A DNA stretch of 64,000 nt, taken from contig CAVSSZ010000013.1 of the NCBI GenBank assembly GCA_963730725.1, forward strand, positions 6,224 through 70,223. The letters are read 5' to 3'. The stretch is from an uncultured Solirubrobacteraceae bacterium. Lineage in GTDB: Bacteria; Actinomycetota; Thermoleophilia; Solirubrobacterales; Solirubrobacteraceae. A program made the translations under genes and the position numbers. Positions 50,191-60,518 of the stretch are shown here, one piece after another. Each line of letters begins with the position of its first letter. Position 1 is the first letter of the stretch. Under the pieces are notes generated by a model. It was not told where the DNA came from, made no database searches, and was given only the letters and a program-made list of their open reading frames with translations.

Positions 50191-51654
50191 CTACGCCCGC
50201 AGCAGCGGCAGCGCCTGCTCGAGCGCGTATTTGCCGCCGTGCTCCTCGGTCCCCTCGAGCGGATACTGCCCGGAGAAGCAGGCGTCGCAGTGGTTCGACC
50301 GATCCCCGCGGATCGCCTCGTAGACCCCCTCGAGCGAGAGGTAGTGCAGCGAGTCGGCACCGATCTCGTCGGCGACCTGCTCGACCGTGCGGCCGTGGGC
50401 GATCATCTCCTCGCGCGAGGACATGTCGATGCCGTAGTGGCAGGGATTGCGGATCGGCGGGGCGGAGATCCGCAGGTGGACCTCGGCGGCGCCGGCGTCC
50501 CGGAGCATCTGGACGATCTGACGGTCGGTGGTGCCACGTACGATCGAGTCGTCGACAACGATCACGCGCTTGCCGGCGACGACCTCGGGCACCGGGTTGA
50601 ACTTCAGCCGCACGCCGAGCTTGCGCAGCTCCTGCCCGGGCTGGATGAACGTGCGTGCGACGTAGCGGTTCTTGATGAAGCCATCGTCCTGGGGCAACCC
50701 GGAGGCGCGCGCGAGTCCGCGGGCGGCGGCGTTGCCGGAGTCGGGCACGGGGATGACGACGTCGGCGTCGACCTTCGCCTCCTCCCAGAGCAGCTCGCCC
50801 ATGCGCGCCCGGGCGACCTGCAGCGGCAGGCCCGCCATCCGCGAGTCCGGCCGCGCGAAGTAGATGTATTCGAACACGCAGAACGCGCGGCGGGCATCGC
50901 CGATGATGACCCGGGACTCGAGGCCCCGGTGCGACAGCGACACCACCTCGCCCGGCTGAACGTCGCGCACGAACTCGGCGCCGATCAGGTCGAATGCGCA
51001 GGTTTCGCTCGCCACGCAGTAGACGTCACGGTCGTTGGAGTCGCCCGAGGCGGGGATGCGGCCGATCGAGAGGGGGCGGATCCCGCTCGGATCACGGAAC
51101 GCGACCACCTTCTCCCCGGTCATCACGACGGTGGAGAACGCGCCCTGCAGCCGCGGCAGGACGTCGGCGACCGCGTCCTCGATGTCGTCGGCGGGATGGG
51201 TCGCCAGCAGCGCGGCGATGATCTCGGAGTCGGAGGTCGAGCGGAACGGGACGTCGCGGCCGCGCAGCTCCGTGTGCAGCTCGACCGCGTTGATCAGGTT
51301 GCCGTTGTGGCCGAGGGCGAGGATGCGATGGTCGTCGCGCACGATCGGCTGGGTGTTCTCCCAGGCCGAGGCGCCGGTGGTCGAGTAGCGGACGTGGCCG
51401 ATCGCGAGGTCGCCGGCGAGCGAGCGCAGGATGTGGTCGTCCTTGAAGACCTGGGAGACCAGGCCCTGATCGCGAATCGCGAGGATCGGCCCGCGCAGCG
51501 GCGCGGTCGCGATGCCGGCCGACTCCTGCCCCCGGTGCTGGAGCGCGAACAGCGCGAAATACGTCAAGCGCGCGACGTCGTGCCCGGGAGCGTAGATCCC
51601 GAACACACCGCATTCGTCACGGGGTCCGTCGCGATGGTCGAGAGTGGAGGTCAC
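50191..51654 (-). CDS. purF: Amidophosphoribosyltransferase
   Basis: Propeptide then ECGVFG, QHRGQESAG, HNGNLIN, VDDSIVRG, Fe-S cysteines (CHYG, CDAC). Confidence 0.99.
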   Translation of the reverse strand: MTSTLDHRDGPRDECGVFGIYAPGHDVARLTYFALFALQHRGQESAGIATAPLRGPILAIRDQGLVSQVFKDDHILRSLAGDLAIGHVRYSTTGASAWENTQPIVRDDHRILALGHNGNLINAVELHTELRGRDVPFRSTSDSEIIAALLATHPADDIEDAVADVLPRLQGAFSTVVMTGEKVVAFRDPSGIRPLSIGRIPASGDSNDRDVYCVASETCAFDLIGAEFVRDVQPGEVVSLSHRGLESRVIIGDARRAFCVFEYIYFARPDSRMAGLPLQVARARMGELLWEEAKVDADVVIPVPDSGNAAARGLARASGLPQDDGFIKNRYVARTFIQPGQELRKLGVRLKFNPVPEVVAGKRVIVVDDSIVRGTTDRQIVQMLRDAGAAEVHLRISAPPIRNPCHYGIDMSSREEMIAHGRTVEQVADEIGADSLHYLSLEGVYEAIRGDRSNHCDACFSGQYPLEGTEEHGGKYALEQALPLLRA

Positions 51655-51696
51655 TCAGAGGTCTACCGCCTGACGGTAGCAACGGCCCCCGCCGGA

Positions 51697-51732
51697 CCGG
51701 CCCGGTGCGGGGAAACTCCTGCACCGGGCCGG
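51697..51732 (-). terminator. Hairpin after the secreted-protein gene, upstream of purF
   Basis: CCGGCCCGGTGCGGGG-AAAC-TCCTGCACCGGGCCGG. Confidence 0.6.
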
Positions 51733-51754
51733 CCGGACAGTCGGGCGAGGTGGC

Positions 51755-53779
51755 TCAGGTGGCGGTCGCGGTCACGTTGGCCGCGTTGTACGTGAGCGTG
51801 AACGCACCGGTGACCTTGGCGAACGTCCCGCTGTCACCGCTGCTCTCCAGGAACTCCACCTGCGTCCCGGACTTGAGCGCCGGCTTGCCGGTGAGCTTGG
51901 CGCTGCCCGCGAGCGACGCCGTCCCATTGACGTTGAGCAGGCCGTGCCCGGTCGTCGAGAGCGCGTCGGTCAGCGTGCCCTTCGCGACCTGCGTGTAGGT
52001 CCCGGAGACCGACACCTCCGGGAGCGTCTCGGTCTTGCCGGCCTTGATGGCGAACGCCTTGTTGTTCGCGAACGCGCCGGTCAAGGTCAGGTTCGCGTTC
52101 GCCGTGACGGTGCCGTTGTTCACGAGCGAGGTGGCGACGATGCCGGTGCTGTAGCCGCTGAGCGGAATCGTCACCGTGCCGGAGTTGGTGAGCGTCCCAT
52201 TCACGGTGAGCGTCCCGCCCCAGCCCGGCTCGAGCGTCCCAGCGTTCGTGAGCGACCCTGGGGTCGACACGTGGAAGTAGCTCGAGCCGCCGTCCCCGAT
52301 CGCGACCGTGTAGCCCTTCGGGATGTTCGAGTTGATCGTCGCGGTCACGTTGTAGATGAACACGTGGCCCTTGACCACCTTCTTCGCACAGGCCGCCCCC
52401 TGCGCGAGCTTGGTGGCGAATGCCAGCGTCAGGGAGGTGGCGGGCTGACCGTCGCCGGCACCCAGGTTGAGCGAGTCACCGCAGAGCGAGCCGCCGTTGA
52501 TCTGGATCGGATCGGCGACGTAGAACGTGCCTGAGTTGTCGACCGTCGCGTCCTGGGTGAACGTCGCCGACTGGCCGGACGGGCTGCTGAGCCCCAGGAT
52601 CCTGGTGGCGGCGACCGAGATCGTCCCGTCGGTGCCCTTCGTGCCGTTCGACCAGCTCTGACCGGTCGCCAACGACGCGTACAGGTTGCCATCGGCGGTC
52701 ACGGTGCCGGTGTTGAGGAGTGTCGCGTTGAGGCTCGTGTTGTAGCCGGTGGCCGGCACCAGCACGGTTCCCTTGTTGGTCAGCTCGTTCGTCGTCCCCG
52801 AGCCGATGATCGTGGCGCCGAAGCCGGGCTCGAACGTCCCGTCATTGACGACGTTGCCCGACAGGGTCGTGTTGTTGAACGAGGAGCCGCCGTCGCCCGC
52901 GCTCACCGTGTAGCCCGTGGGGATCGTGCCCGACAGAGTGGAGCTCGTGTTCGTGATGAACACCTGGTCTGAGGCCACGCCGGTGCCGCACGCTGGTCCG
53001 GTGCCCGGCGTCGTGGCGAACGCAAGCGTGCCGCCCGTACCGCCGTCCTGGGAGCCGATCGTGAGCGCCGTGCCGCAGATCGTGCCGCCGTGGACCGCGG
53101 TCACATCGGCGACGGTGAAGCTGTCGCCCGTGCCGATGTTGACCGTGCCGCCCGAATCGAGCTCGAGTGTGCCGTCGCCGGCGGTCGGGCTGGTGACCGC
53201 GAGCCCGGTGCTGGTGCCGGCCACGGAAAGCGTCCCGCCGGCGTTGTCGAATGTGTCTCCGTTCGCCAACGACACGGCGGCGCCTGCGTCAACCGTGAAC
53301 GAGCCGGTGTTGCTGACGTTGCCGAAGGTGTAGGACGAGTTGTAGCCCGTGCTCGGCACCAGGAAGGTGCCGGCGTTGGTGAGCGTGCCCGCGCTGAACG
53401 CGCCACCCCAGCCGTCGCTGATCGTGCCCCCGGCCGCGGTCGCGGCGGTGCCGGTCACCGTGATCCGCGGCTCGTTCGAGCCGCCGTTGCCGATCTGCAG
53501 CGTCGGCGTCGAGCCGGCACCGCCGACGGTGAGGTTGGCGACGGAGATCGTCTCATTGCCGACGAGCACCGTGTAGGTCCCGGCGACACTGATGCACACC
53601 GAGTCGGTGGAGGTCGGCGCGGACCCCGTGCTCCAGTTCGCCCCGGTGTCCCAGCTGCCGCCGGACGCGTTCATCCACGTATCCGTGCAGCCGCCCGCCG
53701 CGTGCGCCGACCCGACTCCGATGACCCCGAGCCCCAGCGCCACTGCGCCGGCAGCGAGGACACGTCGGAAATCCCTCAT
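51755..53779 (-). CDS. Large secreted Gly/Thr/Asn-rich beta-helix-like protein
   Basis: Signal peptide (SAHA), WDTGANWSTG motif, repeated LTNxGT and internal duplicated blocks (GGTICG/GGSLCG; IPTGYTV/IPKGYTV). Confidence 0.75.
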   Translation of the reverse strand: MRDFRRVLAAGAVALGLGVIGVGSAHAAGGCTDTWMNASGGSWDTGANWSTGSAPTSTDSVCISVAGTYTVLVGNETISVANLTVGGAGSTPTLQIGNGGSNEPRITVTGTAATAAGGTISDGWGGAFSAGTLTNAGTFLVPSTGYNSSYTFGNVSNTGSFTVDAGAAVSLANGDTFDNAGGTLSVAGTSTGLAVTSPTAGDGTLELDSGGTVNIGTGDSFTVADVTAVHGGTICGTALTIGSQDGGTGGTLAFATTPGTGPACGTGVASDQVFITNTSSTLSGTIPTGYTVSAGDGGSSFNNTTLSGNVVNDGTFEPGFGATIIGSGTTNELTNKGTVLVPATGYNTSLNATLLNTGTVTADGNLYASLATGQSWSNGTKGTDGTISVAATRILGLSSPSGQSATFTQDATVDNSGTFYVADPIQINGGSLCGDSLNLGAGDGQPATSLTLAFATKLAQGAACAKKVVKGHVFIYNVTATINSNIPKGYTVAIGDGGSSYFHVSTPGSLTNAGTLEPGWGGTLTVNGTLTNSGTVTIPLSGYSTGIVATSLVNNGTVTANANLTLTGAFANNKAFAIKAGKTETLPEVSVSGTYTQVAKGTLTDALSTTGHGLLNVNGTASLAGSAKLTGKPALKSGTQVEFLESSGDSGTFAKVTGAFTLTYNAANVTATAT

Positions 53780-53878
53780 GCCCGACCCCCAAGTTTGATC
53801 AAATTGGTTAAAAGCGCACGAACCCTATGCGACCTCGCCCATCAGGACAATGACGAGAATCACCTAGGCGCGAGAGAG

Positions 53879-56092
53879 CTACAGCAGCGCGGCGAGGCCC
53901 GCTGCCCGGGCTTCGGCAAGCGCCCGCACAGGCACGTCGAGCACGCCCTCGAGCTCGAGCGCGGGACCGCCGACACGTCCGATCACGGTCACGGGCGCCG
54001 CGCCGGGCTCATCGTGGTCCCCGCTGAGCGCGGCGACCGCGTCAGCCGGGCCGGAGACCACGAACGCACGGCCGAGCGCTTCGGCAAACGGATCAAGCGC
54101 GCCCGGGAGCACGACCCGCGCGCCGATCCCGCCGGCGACGGAGCACTCGGCAAGCGCGGTCGCGATCCCGCCCTCGGCGATGTCATGCGCGCTGGACAGG
54201 GCGCCCGCGCGCACCGCCTCACGCACCACGCGGTGGGCGGCGAGCGCCGCCGGCGCGTCCAGCGCGGGCAACGGGGCTCGTAGCGGCTCACCGCGCAGCT
54301 TGGCCAGCTCGGAACCGACCAGGGACGGCGCGAACACGCCGACGATCGCGACCACGTCGCCCGCGGCGTCGAACGCGAGCCGGCCGGCCCGCGCCGGATC
54401 CGGAAGACGGCCGACCATCCCGATCACGGGCGTCGGGTAGATCGGGCCTCCGGGCGCCTCGTTGTAGAGCGACACGTTGCCGCCGACGACCGGCACCGAC
54501 AGCGCCTCGCAGGCGGCCGCGATGCCCTCGATCGCCTCGGTCAGCTGCCAGGCGACGTGCCCCTTCTCCGGGTTACCGAAGTTCAAGCAGTTGGTCAGGC
54601 CGAGCGGCTCGCCACCGACGCAGGCGAGGTTGGCGGCGCACTCGTAGACGACCTCGGCGGCACCGGTATGCGGATCGCACGCCACCCGCCGGCCGTTGCC
54701 GTCGATCGCCACCGCGATCGCCTCACCCGTCGGCAGCATCAGCACCGCCGCGTCGGCCTCGCCGGGACGGCGCACAGTGCGCGACTGCACGACCGGGTCG
54801 TACTGCTCGAAGACAGGCAGACGCGAGGCGAGGTTGGCGCTTGCCACGAGTGCCAGCAGCGTCTCCCCCGCCGAGGGCATCGACTGGACGGAGCCCGTCG
54901 GCAGCGACGGCTCGGGTGCGGCGTAGATCTGCGACGGGCCTCCGGCCGGTTCCTCGGGCATGAGGTCGTACAGCGGGCAGTCGTCGACGAGGATCCCCAC
55001 CGGGAGGTCGGCAGCCAGATCACCGCCGGCGAGGATGCGCATCCGCCCGGAATCGGTCACCTCACCGATCGGGGTGGCGCGGGTCTCCCACCGCTCGCAC
55101 ACCGCGATCACGTCCGCGACGAGCTCTGGTGCGACGACGCACAGCATCCGCTCCTGGGACTCGGAGACCATGATCTCGAACGGCTCCATGCCCGGCTCGC
55201 GCAGCGGCACCTGGTCGCAGTCGATGTCCAGGCCGACCTCGCCCTTTGAGGCCATCTCGGACGCCGAGGAGGTGAGCCCGGCCGCCCCGAGGTCCTGCAG
55301 CGAGACGAGCAGCTCGCGGTCGAGCAGCTCCAGCGAGCACTCGAGCAGCTTCTTCTCGGCGAACGGGTCGCCGATCTGGACGGTCGGTCGCTTGTCGGCG
55401 TCGCCCTCGCCGAACTCCGCGGAGGCAAGGACCGACGCGCCGCCGATGCCGTCGCGCCCGGTGAGCGCGCCGAGCAGCACGAGGACGTTGCCCGGGCCGG
55501 CCGCAGCGGCGCGGATCAGGCGCTCGTGCGGGGCGAGCCCCAGGCACATCGCGTTGACCAGGCAGTTCTGCTCGTAGCTCTGCTCGAAGTAGATCTCGCC
55601 GCCGACGGTCGGCACCCCGATCGAGTTGCCGTAGTGGCCGATCCCGGCCACCGCGTGCTCGAGCAGGTAGCGCGAGCGCGCCGAACGCCCGACCTCACCG
55701 AACCGCAGCGAATCGAGGATCGCGATCGGGCGGGCGCCGACCGCGAACACGTCGCGCAGGATCCCCCCGACGCCGGTGGCAGCACCCTGGAAGGGCTCGA
55801 CCGCACTTGGATGATTGTGGGATTCGACCTTGAAGGCCAGGCCGAGGCCGCCGCCGACGTCGACGACGCCCGCGTTCTCCCCGGGCCCCATGAGCACCGC
55901 GGGCCCCTCGGTCGGCAGGCGGCGCAACAGCTTCTTGGAGTGCTTGTAGGCGCAGTGCTCCGACCACATCAGCGAGAGCATCGCCAGCTCGGTGTCCCCG
56001 GGCTCGCGGCCGAGCAGCTCGACGATCCGGTCGTACTCGCCGCCGGTGAGGCCGAGCGCCTGATGGCGTTCGTCGGTTGCGGCCGCGCTCAC
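53879..56092 (-). CDS. purL: FGAM synthase subunit II
   Basis: MWSEHCAYK, FKVESHNHPS, QDLGAAGL, SESQERM, GGNVSLYNE, AHDIAEGG. Confidence 0.99.
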   Translation of the reverse strand: MSAAATDERHQALGLTGGEYDRIVELLGREPGDTELAMLSLMWSEHCAYKHSKKLLRRLPTEGPAVLMGPGENAGVVDVGGGLGLAFKVESHNHPSAVEPFQGAATGVGGILRDVFAVGARPIAILDSLRFGEVGRSARSRYLLEHAVAGIGHYGNSIGVPTVGGEIYFEQSYEQNCLVNAMCLGLAPHERLIRAAAAGPGNVLVLLGALTGRDGIGGASVLASAEFGEGDADKRPTVQIGDPFAEKKLLECSLELLDRELLVSLQDLGAAGLTSSASEMASKGEVGLDIDCDQVPLREPGMEPFEIMVSESQERMLCVVAPELVADVIAVCERWETRATPIGEVTDSGRMRILAGGDLAADLPVGILVDDCPLYDLMPEEPAGGPSQIYAAPEPSLPTGSVQSMPSAGETLLALVASANLASRLPVFEQYDPVVQSRTVRRPGEADAAVLMLPTGEAIAVAIDGNGRRVACDPHTGAAEVVYECAANLACVGGEPLGLTNCLNFGNPEKGHVAWQLTEAIEGIAAACEALSVPVVGGNVSLYNEAPGGPIYPTPVIGMVGRLPDPARAGRLAFDAAGDVVAIVGVFAPSLVGSELAKLRGEPLRAPLPALDAPAALAAHRVVREAVRAGALSSAHDIAEGGIATALAECSVAGGIGARVVLPGALDPFAEALGRAFVVSGPADAVAALSGDHDEPGAAPVTVIGRVGGPALELEGVLDVPVRALAEARAAGLAALL

Positions 56093-56100
56093 GGCATCCC

Positions 56101-56766
56101 TCAGGCCGGCACGCGCGACTCCAGGCTCGCGCGCATCGACTCGAAGATCGTCAAGCCGTCGACCGAACCGGTGAGCGCGTCGACGGCGTGCTCTGGGTGC
56201 GGCATCATCCCGAAGACGTTGCCGGCCTCGTTGCGGACGCCGGCGATGTCGTCCTGGGAGCCGTTGGGGTTCTCCCCCTCGGCGTAGCGGAGCACGACGT
56301 CGACCGGATCGGGCGAGAAGTAGCGGCCGGAGGCGTGCTTGGTCGGGATCGACAGGCTGCGGGTGGGCGGGGTCGTGTCCGCACATGCGCGCGTGAACGC
56401 AGTGTCCGGATCGACGATCTGGAGGCTCACCTGCCGGAAGACGAAGCGCAGCGTCGCGTTGGGCAGCAGCGCACCGGGGAGCAGGCCGGCCTCACACAGC
56501 ACCTGGAAGCCGTTGCAGATCCCGAGCACGAGCCCGCCCTCGCGCGCGAACTCGGCGACCGAATCCATCACTGGCGCGAAGCGGGCGATCGCTCCGGCGC
56601 GGAGATAGTCGCCGTAGGAGAAACCGCCGGGCACGACGACTGCGTCGACACCCTTCAGATCGCGGTCGGCGTGCCACAGCAGGACCGCGTCGCCGACCCG
56701 CTCGCAGGCCAGCTGGGCGTCGACGTCGTCACAGGAGCCCGGGAACCGGACGACCCCGAACTTCAC
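56101..56766 (-). CDS. purQ: FGAM synthase glutaminase subunit
   Basis: FPGSCDD, PGGFSYGDYLR, GICNGFQ, GMMPHPE. Confidence 0.98.
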   Translation of the reverse strand: MKFGVVRFPGSCDDVDAQLACERVGDAVLLWHADRDLKGVDAVVVPGGFSYGDYLRAGAIARFAPVMDSVAEFAREGGLVLGICNGFQVLCEAGLLPGALLPNATLRFVFRQVSLQIVDPDTAFTRACADTTPPTRSLSIPTKHASGRYFSPDPVDVVLRYAEGENPNGSQDDIAGVRNEAGNVFGMMPHPEHAVDALTGSVDGLTIFESMRASLESRVPA

Positions 56767-57014
56767 GACCGGTGTTGGGGGTGGGCAGCGGGATCCGATC
56801 CCACGATCTCGTAGTCCTCGATCAGCGGGTTGGTGAGCAGCGCGTCGCACATCGCGGCGACCTGCGACGGGTCCTCCACATCGAGCTCGATCAAGCGCCC
56901 GACGCGCACGCCCGAGACGCCCTCGAAGCCGAGCGCCGGTAGCGCCCGCTCGACCGCCTGCCCCTGCGGATCGAGGATCCCGTGCTTGGGCGAGACGAGC
57001 ACCCGCACGCGCAT
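56763..57014 (-). CDS. purS: FGAM synthase subunit PurS
   Basis: KHGILDPQG, VRVGR, LLTNPLIEDY. Confidence 0.97.
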   Translation of the reverse strand: MRVRVLVSPKHGILDPQGQAVERALPALGFEGVSGVRVGRLIELDVEDPSQVAAMCDALLTNPLIEDYEIVGSDPAAHPQHRS

Positions 57015-57913
57015 CAGCGATCGTCCCCTGCCGCGGCGCCGGTCCGTGCCCGCCACGCCGACAGCGGCTCGCCGGTGAGCCGCTCGTAGATCTCGCTGTA
57101 GCGCGCTTGCGTCGCCTCCACGATCTCGTCGGGGATCGGGGGCGCCGGCGGGGTGCGGTCCCAGCCGGTCGAGGAGGCCCAATCGCGGACGAACTGCTTG
57201 TCGAAGCTCGGCTGGCCGTGGCCGGCCTGGAAGCCGTCGGCAGGCCAGAAACGCGAGGAGTCCGGCGTGCAGACCTCGTCGCCGAGCACCAGCCGGCCCT
57301 CGTCGTCGAGGCCGAACTCGAATTTGGTGTCGGCGAGGATGATCCCGCGCGACGCCGCATGCTCGGCGGCGTGCTCATACACGGCGATCGCGGTCGCCCG
57401 CACCCGGTCGGCGAGCTCGGCGTCGCCGATCAGGACGCGCGCGCGTTCGAAATCGATCGCCTCGTCATGGCCGGTGGCGGCCTTGGTGGAAGGGGTGAAC
57501 ACCGGCTCGGGCAGCCGGTCGGACTCACGCAGGCCCGCCGGAAGCTCGATCCCGGAGACGCGGCCGCTCGCGAGGTAGTCCTTCCAGCCCGACCCGCTCA
57601 GGTAGCCGCGCACGACGCATTCGACCGGCAGCATCCGGAGCCTGCGGACGACCATCGCCCGGCCACGGGCCTCGGCCGGGACGTCGTCGGAGACCGAGAT
57701 CAGATGGTTGGGGACGATCGCCGAGGTCCGCTCGAACCAGAACGCCGACAGGCCGGTGAGGACGTCCCCCTTGCCGGGGATCGGGGTCGGATGGACCGCG
57801 TCGTAGGTCGAGACGCGGTCGGAGGCAACGAGCAGCAGACAGGAGCCGAACTCATAGATCTCACGGACCTTGCCCGACTCGAGCAGGGTCAGATCATCGA
57901 GGGCGGCAGCCAC
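57014..57913 (-). CDS. purC: SAICAR synthase
   Basis: SGKVREIY, SDRVSTYD, ECVVRGYLSGS, ADTKFEFG, TPDSSRFW, DKQFVRD. Confidence 0.99.
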   Translation of the reverse strand: MAAALDDLTLLESGKVREIYEFGSCLLLVASDRVSTYDAVHPTPIPGKGDVLTGLSAFWFERTSAIVPNHLISVSDDVPAEARGRAMVVRRLRMLPVECVVRGYLSGSGWKDYLASGRVSGIELPAGLRESDRLPEPVFTPSTKAATGHDEAIDFERARVLIGDAELADRVRATAIAVYEHAAEHAASRGIILADTKFEFGLDDEGRLVLGDEVCTPDSSRFWPADGFQAGHGQPSFDKQFVRDWASSTGWDRTPPAPPIPDEIVEATQARYSEIYERLTGEPLSAWRARTGAAAGDDR

Positions 57914-58060
57914 GCGAGCGATGCTAGCGATCGACCCCGATGGCCCGGGAAGGCGCGGTCTGGAGTGCAATCGAGAGCCGCGACAGGCGACGTCGAGACT
58001 TAAGCTGATCAATCTAGATATTTTTGACCGATCACACACGAGGGGGTCAGAGAGGGGGGA

Positions 58061-58675
58061 GTGCCCTCGACTGAGAGGCGCTACGGCGGTCGCACCGCCG
58101 ATGAGCGGCGTGCGGAACGACGCCTGCGCCTGCTCGACGCGGGCCATGCGCTGTTCGGCACGGCCGGCTACGCCGCGTCGACGATCGAGGGCGTGTGCGC
58201 GGAGGCCTCGCTCAACGCGCGGTACTTCTACGAGCAGTTCAGCCACCGCGAGGAGCTGCTGCGCGCCGTCTACGTCCGCCAGGCATGGCGTGTGCTCGAT
58301 GAGGTCCGCGCCGCGCTCGAGGCCGAGGAGGATCCACGCCGCCGACTGGAGGCCGGCCTGCGGACCTTCGTCGAGACGATGCTGGTGGACGAGCGTGGCA
58401 CCCGGATCGTCTACATGGAGTCGATCGGCGTCAGCCCGGCGCTCGAACAGGAGCGCCGGCGGGTGACCGAGGAGTACATCGCCGTCCTGTCACGGGAGGG
58501 CGACCGGCTCGACCGGCTTGCCGCGATGCCGGAAGGCGAGCGACGCGCGATCATGGTCACGCTGATCGGGGCAACCGATGGCCTGGTCACCGACTGGCTC
58601 GCGGGCGAGCGCAGGCGCCCGCCCTCGACGATGGTCGAGACACTGCTGACGGTGTTCGGACCCACGCTCGGCTGA
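58061..58675 (+). CDS. TetR/AcrR regulator
   Basis: RRYGGRTADERRAERR, TIEGVCAEASLNARYFYEQF. Confidence 0.93.
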   Translation: MPSTERRYGGRTADERRAERRLRLLDAGHALFGTAGYAASTIEGVCAEASLNARYFYEQFSHREELLRAVYVRQAWRVLDEVRAALEAEEDPRRRLEAGLRTFVETMLVDERGTRIVYMESIGVSPALEQERRRVTEEYIAVLSREGDRLDRLAAMPEGERRAIMVTLIGATDGLVTDWLAGERRRPPSTMVETLLTVFGPTLG

Positions 58676-58735
58676 GCGCCGCCCCGCTGAGCGGCGGCGG
58701 CGCGCCGCGACCCGAAGGCCGCGGCGCGCGGCGCG

Positions 58736-60382
58736 CTAGTGGATCGTGACCGGGACCGGTGCCGACGCGATCCCGTTGGCGATGACCGTCAGCGTGCTCG
58801 GGCCGGCCGGCGTCGACCCCCGTACGGTGAACCGGGTCGAGGAGCTCGCGCCGGGGGCAACGGAGACAGAGCTCCACTGGCTGGTACGGGCATAGGTGAC
58901 CGCGCCGCTGGCGCTGTTGGTGATCTGGACGACCGGGAAGTTGGTCGCGTCCTGCGCATCGTCGCCGTACGACGCTCCCTGGTCCAGCCCGGAGAGCTGT
59001 GACCCCGACAACATGGCGGTCTGCCCCGGCTTCAGGTTCGTGGAGCTGATCGAGGAGATCGACGGAGCCCACGACGGATCGGCGCTGCCACCGGCGGTGT
59101 AGACCTGGAGCCGGCTGGTGCCGTCGTTGAACAGCACCTGCCCGTTCGGGAGGTCGAGCAGGCGCGTGTAATACGTCGAGTCGTCGGCCGCTCCGGGAAC
59201 GTTGGGCACCGGACTGATCGTGTTGGTGGAGGCGTCGTAGAGGTCGAAAGCGATCGGGCTGTTGTACACGCATGGGCTCACGTCGAACAGCACGTTGCCG
59301 TCGGGAAGCGTCGCGGCCGGGCCGTCGGCGCTGTCGTACTGCTGGCCGTTGATCGTCGGAATCGGCGGGCTGCTCACCCAGCGACCCTCCGCATCGTCGT
59401 AGAGCGCCGTGGCGGCCGGCGTCGAGGTGGTGCAGGGGGCTGGATTCTCCGGGCCGGTGCCGGCCCCGACGACGAACACGTTGCCACCGGGCATACCCGC
59501 CTGAGGACCGATCTCCGCTGACGGCGTGTTGACCGGCGAGCGCGGCGTGTTGCCCGCGGTTCCCCAGGTGAGCGTGCTCGGGGTGAACAGCTCGGTCGAG
59601 GGGGTCAGCCAGGTGTCGACGGTGAGCAGCTGCCCGCTCGGCATGAGCGTCCAGCCCTCCTCGTCGTTGGGGTCGTTCTTACCCTGTCCGGAGAACGTGA
59701 GCCAGTTGTGACCCGTCTCGTTGAACAGCGCGAACGAGGTGCTCAGCTGGGGAGTGCTGGCCAGGCAGTTCTGACAAGCCTGAGCCAGCATGTACGTGCC
59801 GTTGGCGAGTACGTCCCCCTGCGCGTCGCCGATGTTCGTCCACCCGGGAGGAGGCGCGATCCGCTTCCAGGAGTTGGTGAGCGGGTTGTACTCCGCCCCC
59901 TTTTTCGTCCACACAGGGTTGCCCCCGAGGTACTCGCCGCCCTCGACGATCATGTGACCATCCGGGAGGATTGCGGAGGAGAAATACAACGGGTCGTACC
60001 CGCCGGGCATCGGCGGCATCTCAGTCCAGGTGCCGTCGACGTAGCTGCCCTTGGCGTTCGGAGTGAGCTTCCACCAGTCCGCCGTGCCACCGGAGGACGG
60101 CTCGGAGTGAACGTACACCGTGCCGTCGCTGCCGAGCAGCATCGTTCCCGGCGAGAAGGGCGCGGCGTGATCGAGTGCCACCCACGGCGATTGTCCGGCC
60201 GGGGCCTCGTCAGGCGCCGTGGGGGCAGGCGCCGCTCGCCCGATCGGTGTGAGCTGTGGTCGCCAGCTCGACTGCGCGCCGCCATCAGCCGAGGCCGCGG
60301 TGACCCCTCCGAACAGGGCCATCGCCGGCATGGCGACCCCCACACCAAGCCCTACAAGAGAACGACGGCTCCATCCGCGCAC
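58736..60382 (-). CDS. Secreted Kelch/galactose-oxidase-like propeller protein with C-terminal Ig-like domain
   Basis: Signal peptide (AASA); repeats LPDGxVL...Y(N/D)PxxNxW; terminal VIANGIAS beta-sandwich. Confidence 0.75.
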   Translation of the reverse strand: MRGWSRRSLVGLGVGVAMPAMALFGGVTAASADGGAQSSWRPQLTPIGRAAPAPTAPDEAPAGQSPWVALDHAAPFSPGTMLLGSDGTVYVHSEPSSGGTADWWKLTPNAKGSYVDGTWTEMPPMPGGYDPLYFSSAILPDGHMIVEGGEYLGGNPVWTKKGAEYNPLTNSWKRIAPPPGWTNIGDAQGDVLANGTYMLAQACQNCLASTPQLSTSFALFNETGHNWLTFSGQGKNDPNDEEGWTLMPSGQLLTVDTWLTPSTELFTPSTLTWGTAGNTPRSPVNTPSAEIGPQAGMPGGNVFVVGAGTGPENPAPCTTSTPAATALYDDAEGRWVSSPPIPTINGQQYDSADGPAATLPDGNVLFDVSPCVYNSPIAFDLYDASTNTISPVPNVPGAADDSTYYTRLLDLPNGQVLFNDGTSRLQVYTAGGSADPSWAPSISSISSTNLKPGQTAMLSGSQLSGLDQGASYGDDAQDATNFPVVQITNSASGAVTYARTSQWSSVSVAPGASSSTRFTVRGSTPAGPSTLTVIANGIASAPVPVTIH

Positions 60383-60518
60383 CTTTGCCTCCTTCTCGCC
60401 CGCTCAGAATCCGGCGCGGACACGCTACCACCCCATGAGCCGGCGGGGATCTCTGCGCGAGTCTCAGGTGGCTCTCATCTCGCACCTGAGCCGCCGCAGC
60501 CGGCCCCGTGCGGCACGG

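Noticed and set aside
53794-53803. TTTGATCAAA palindrome as an FNR/CRP site
   Set aside because: Lacks the TTGAT-N4-ATCAA spacing; too short to support.
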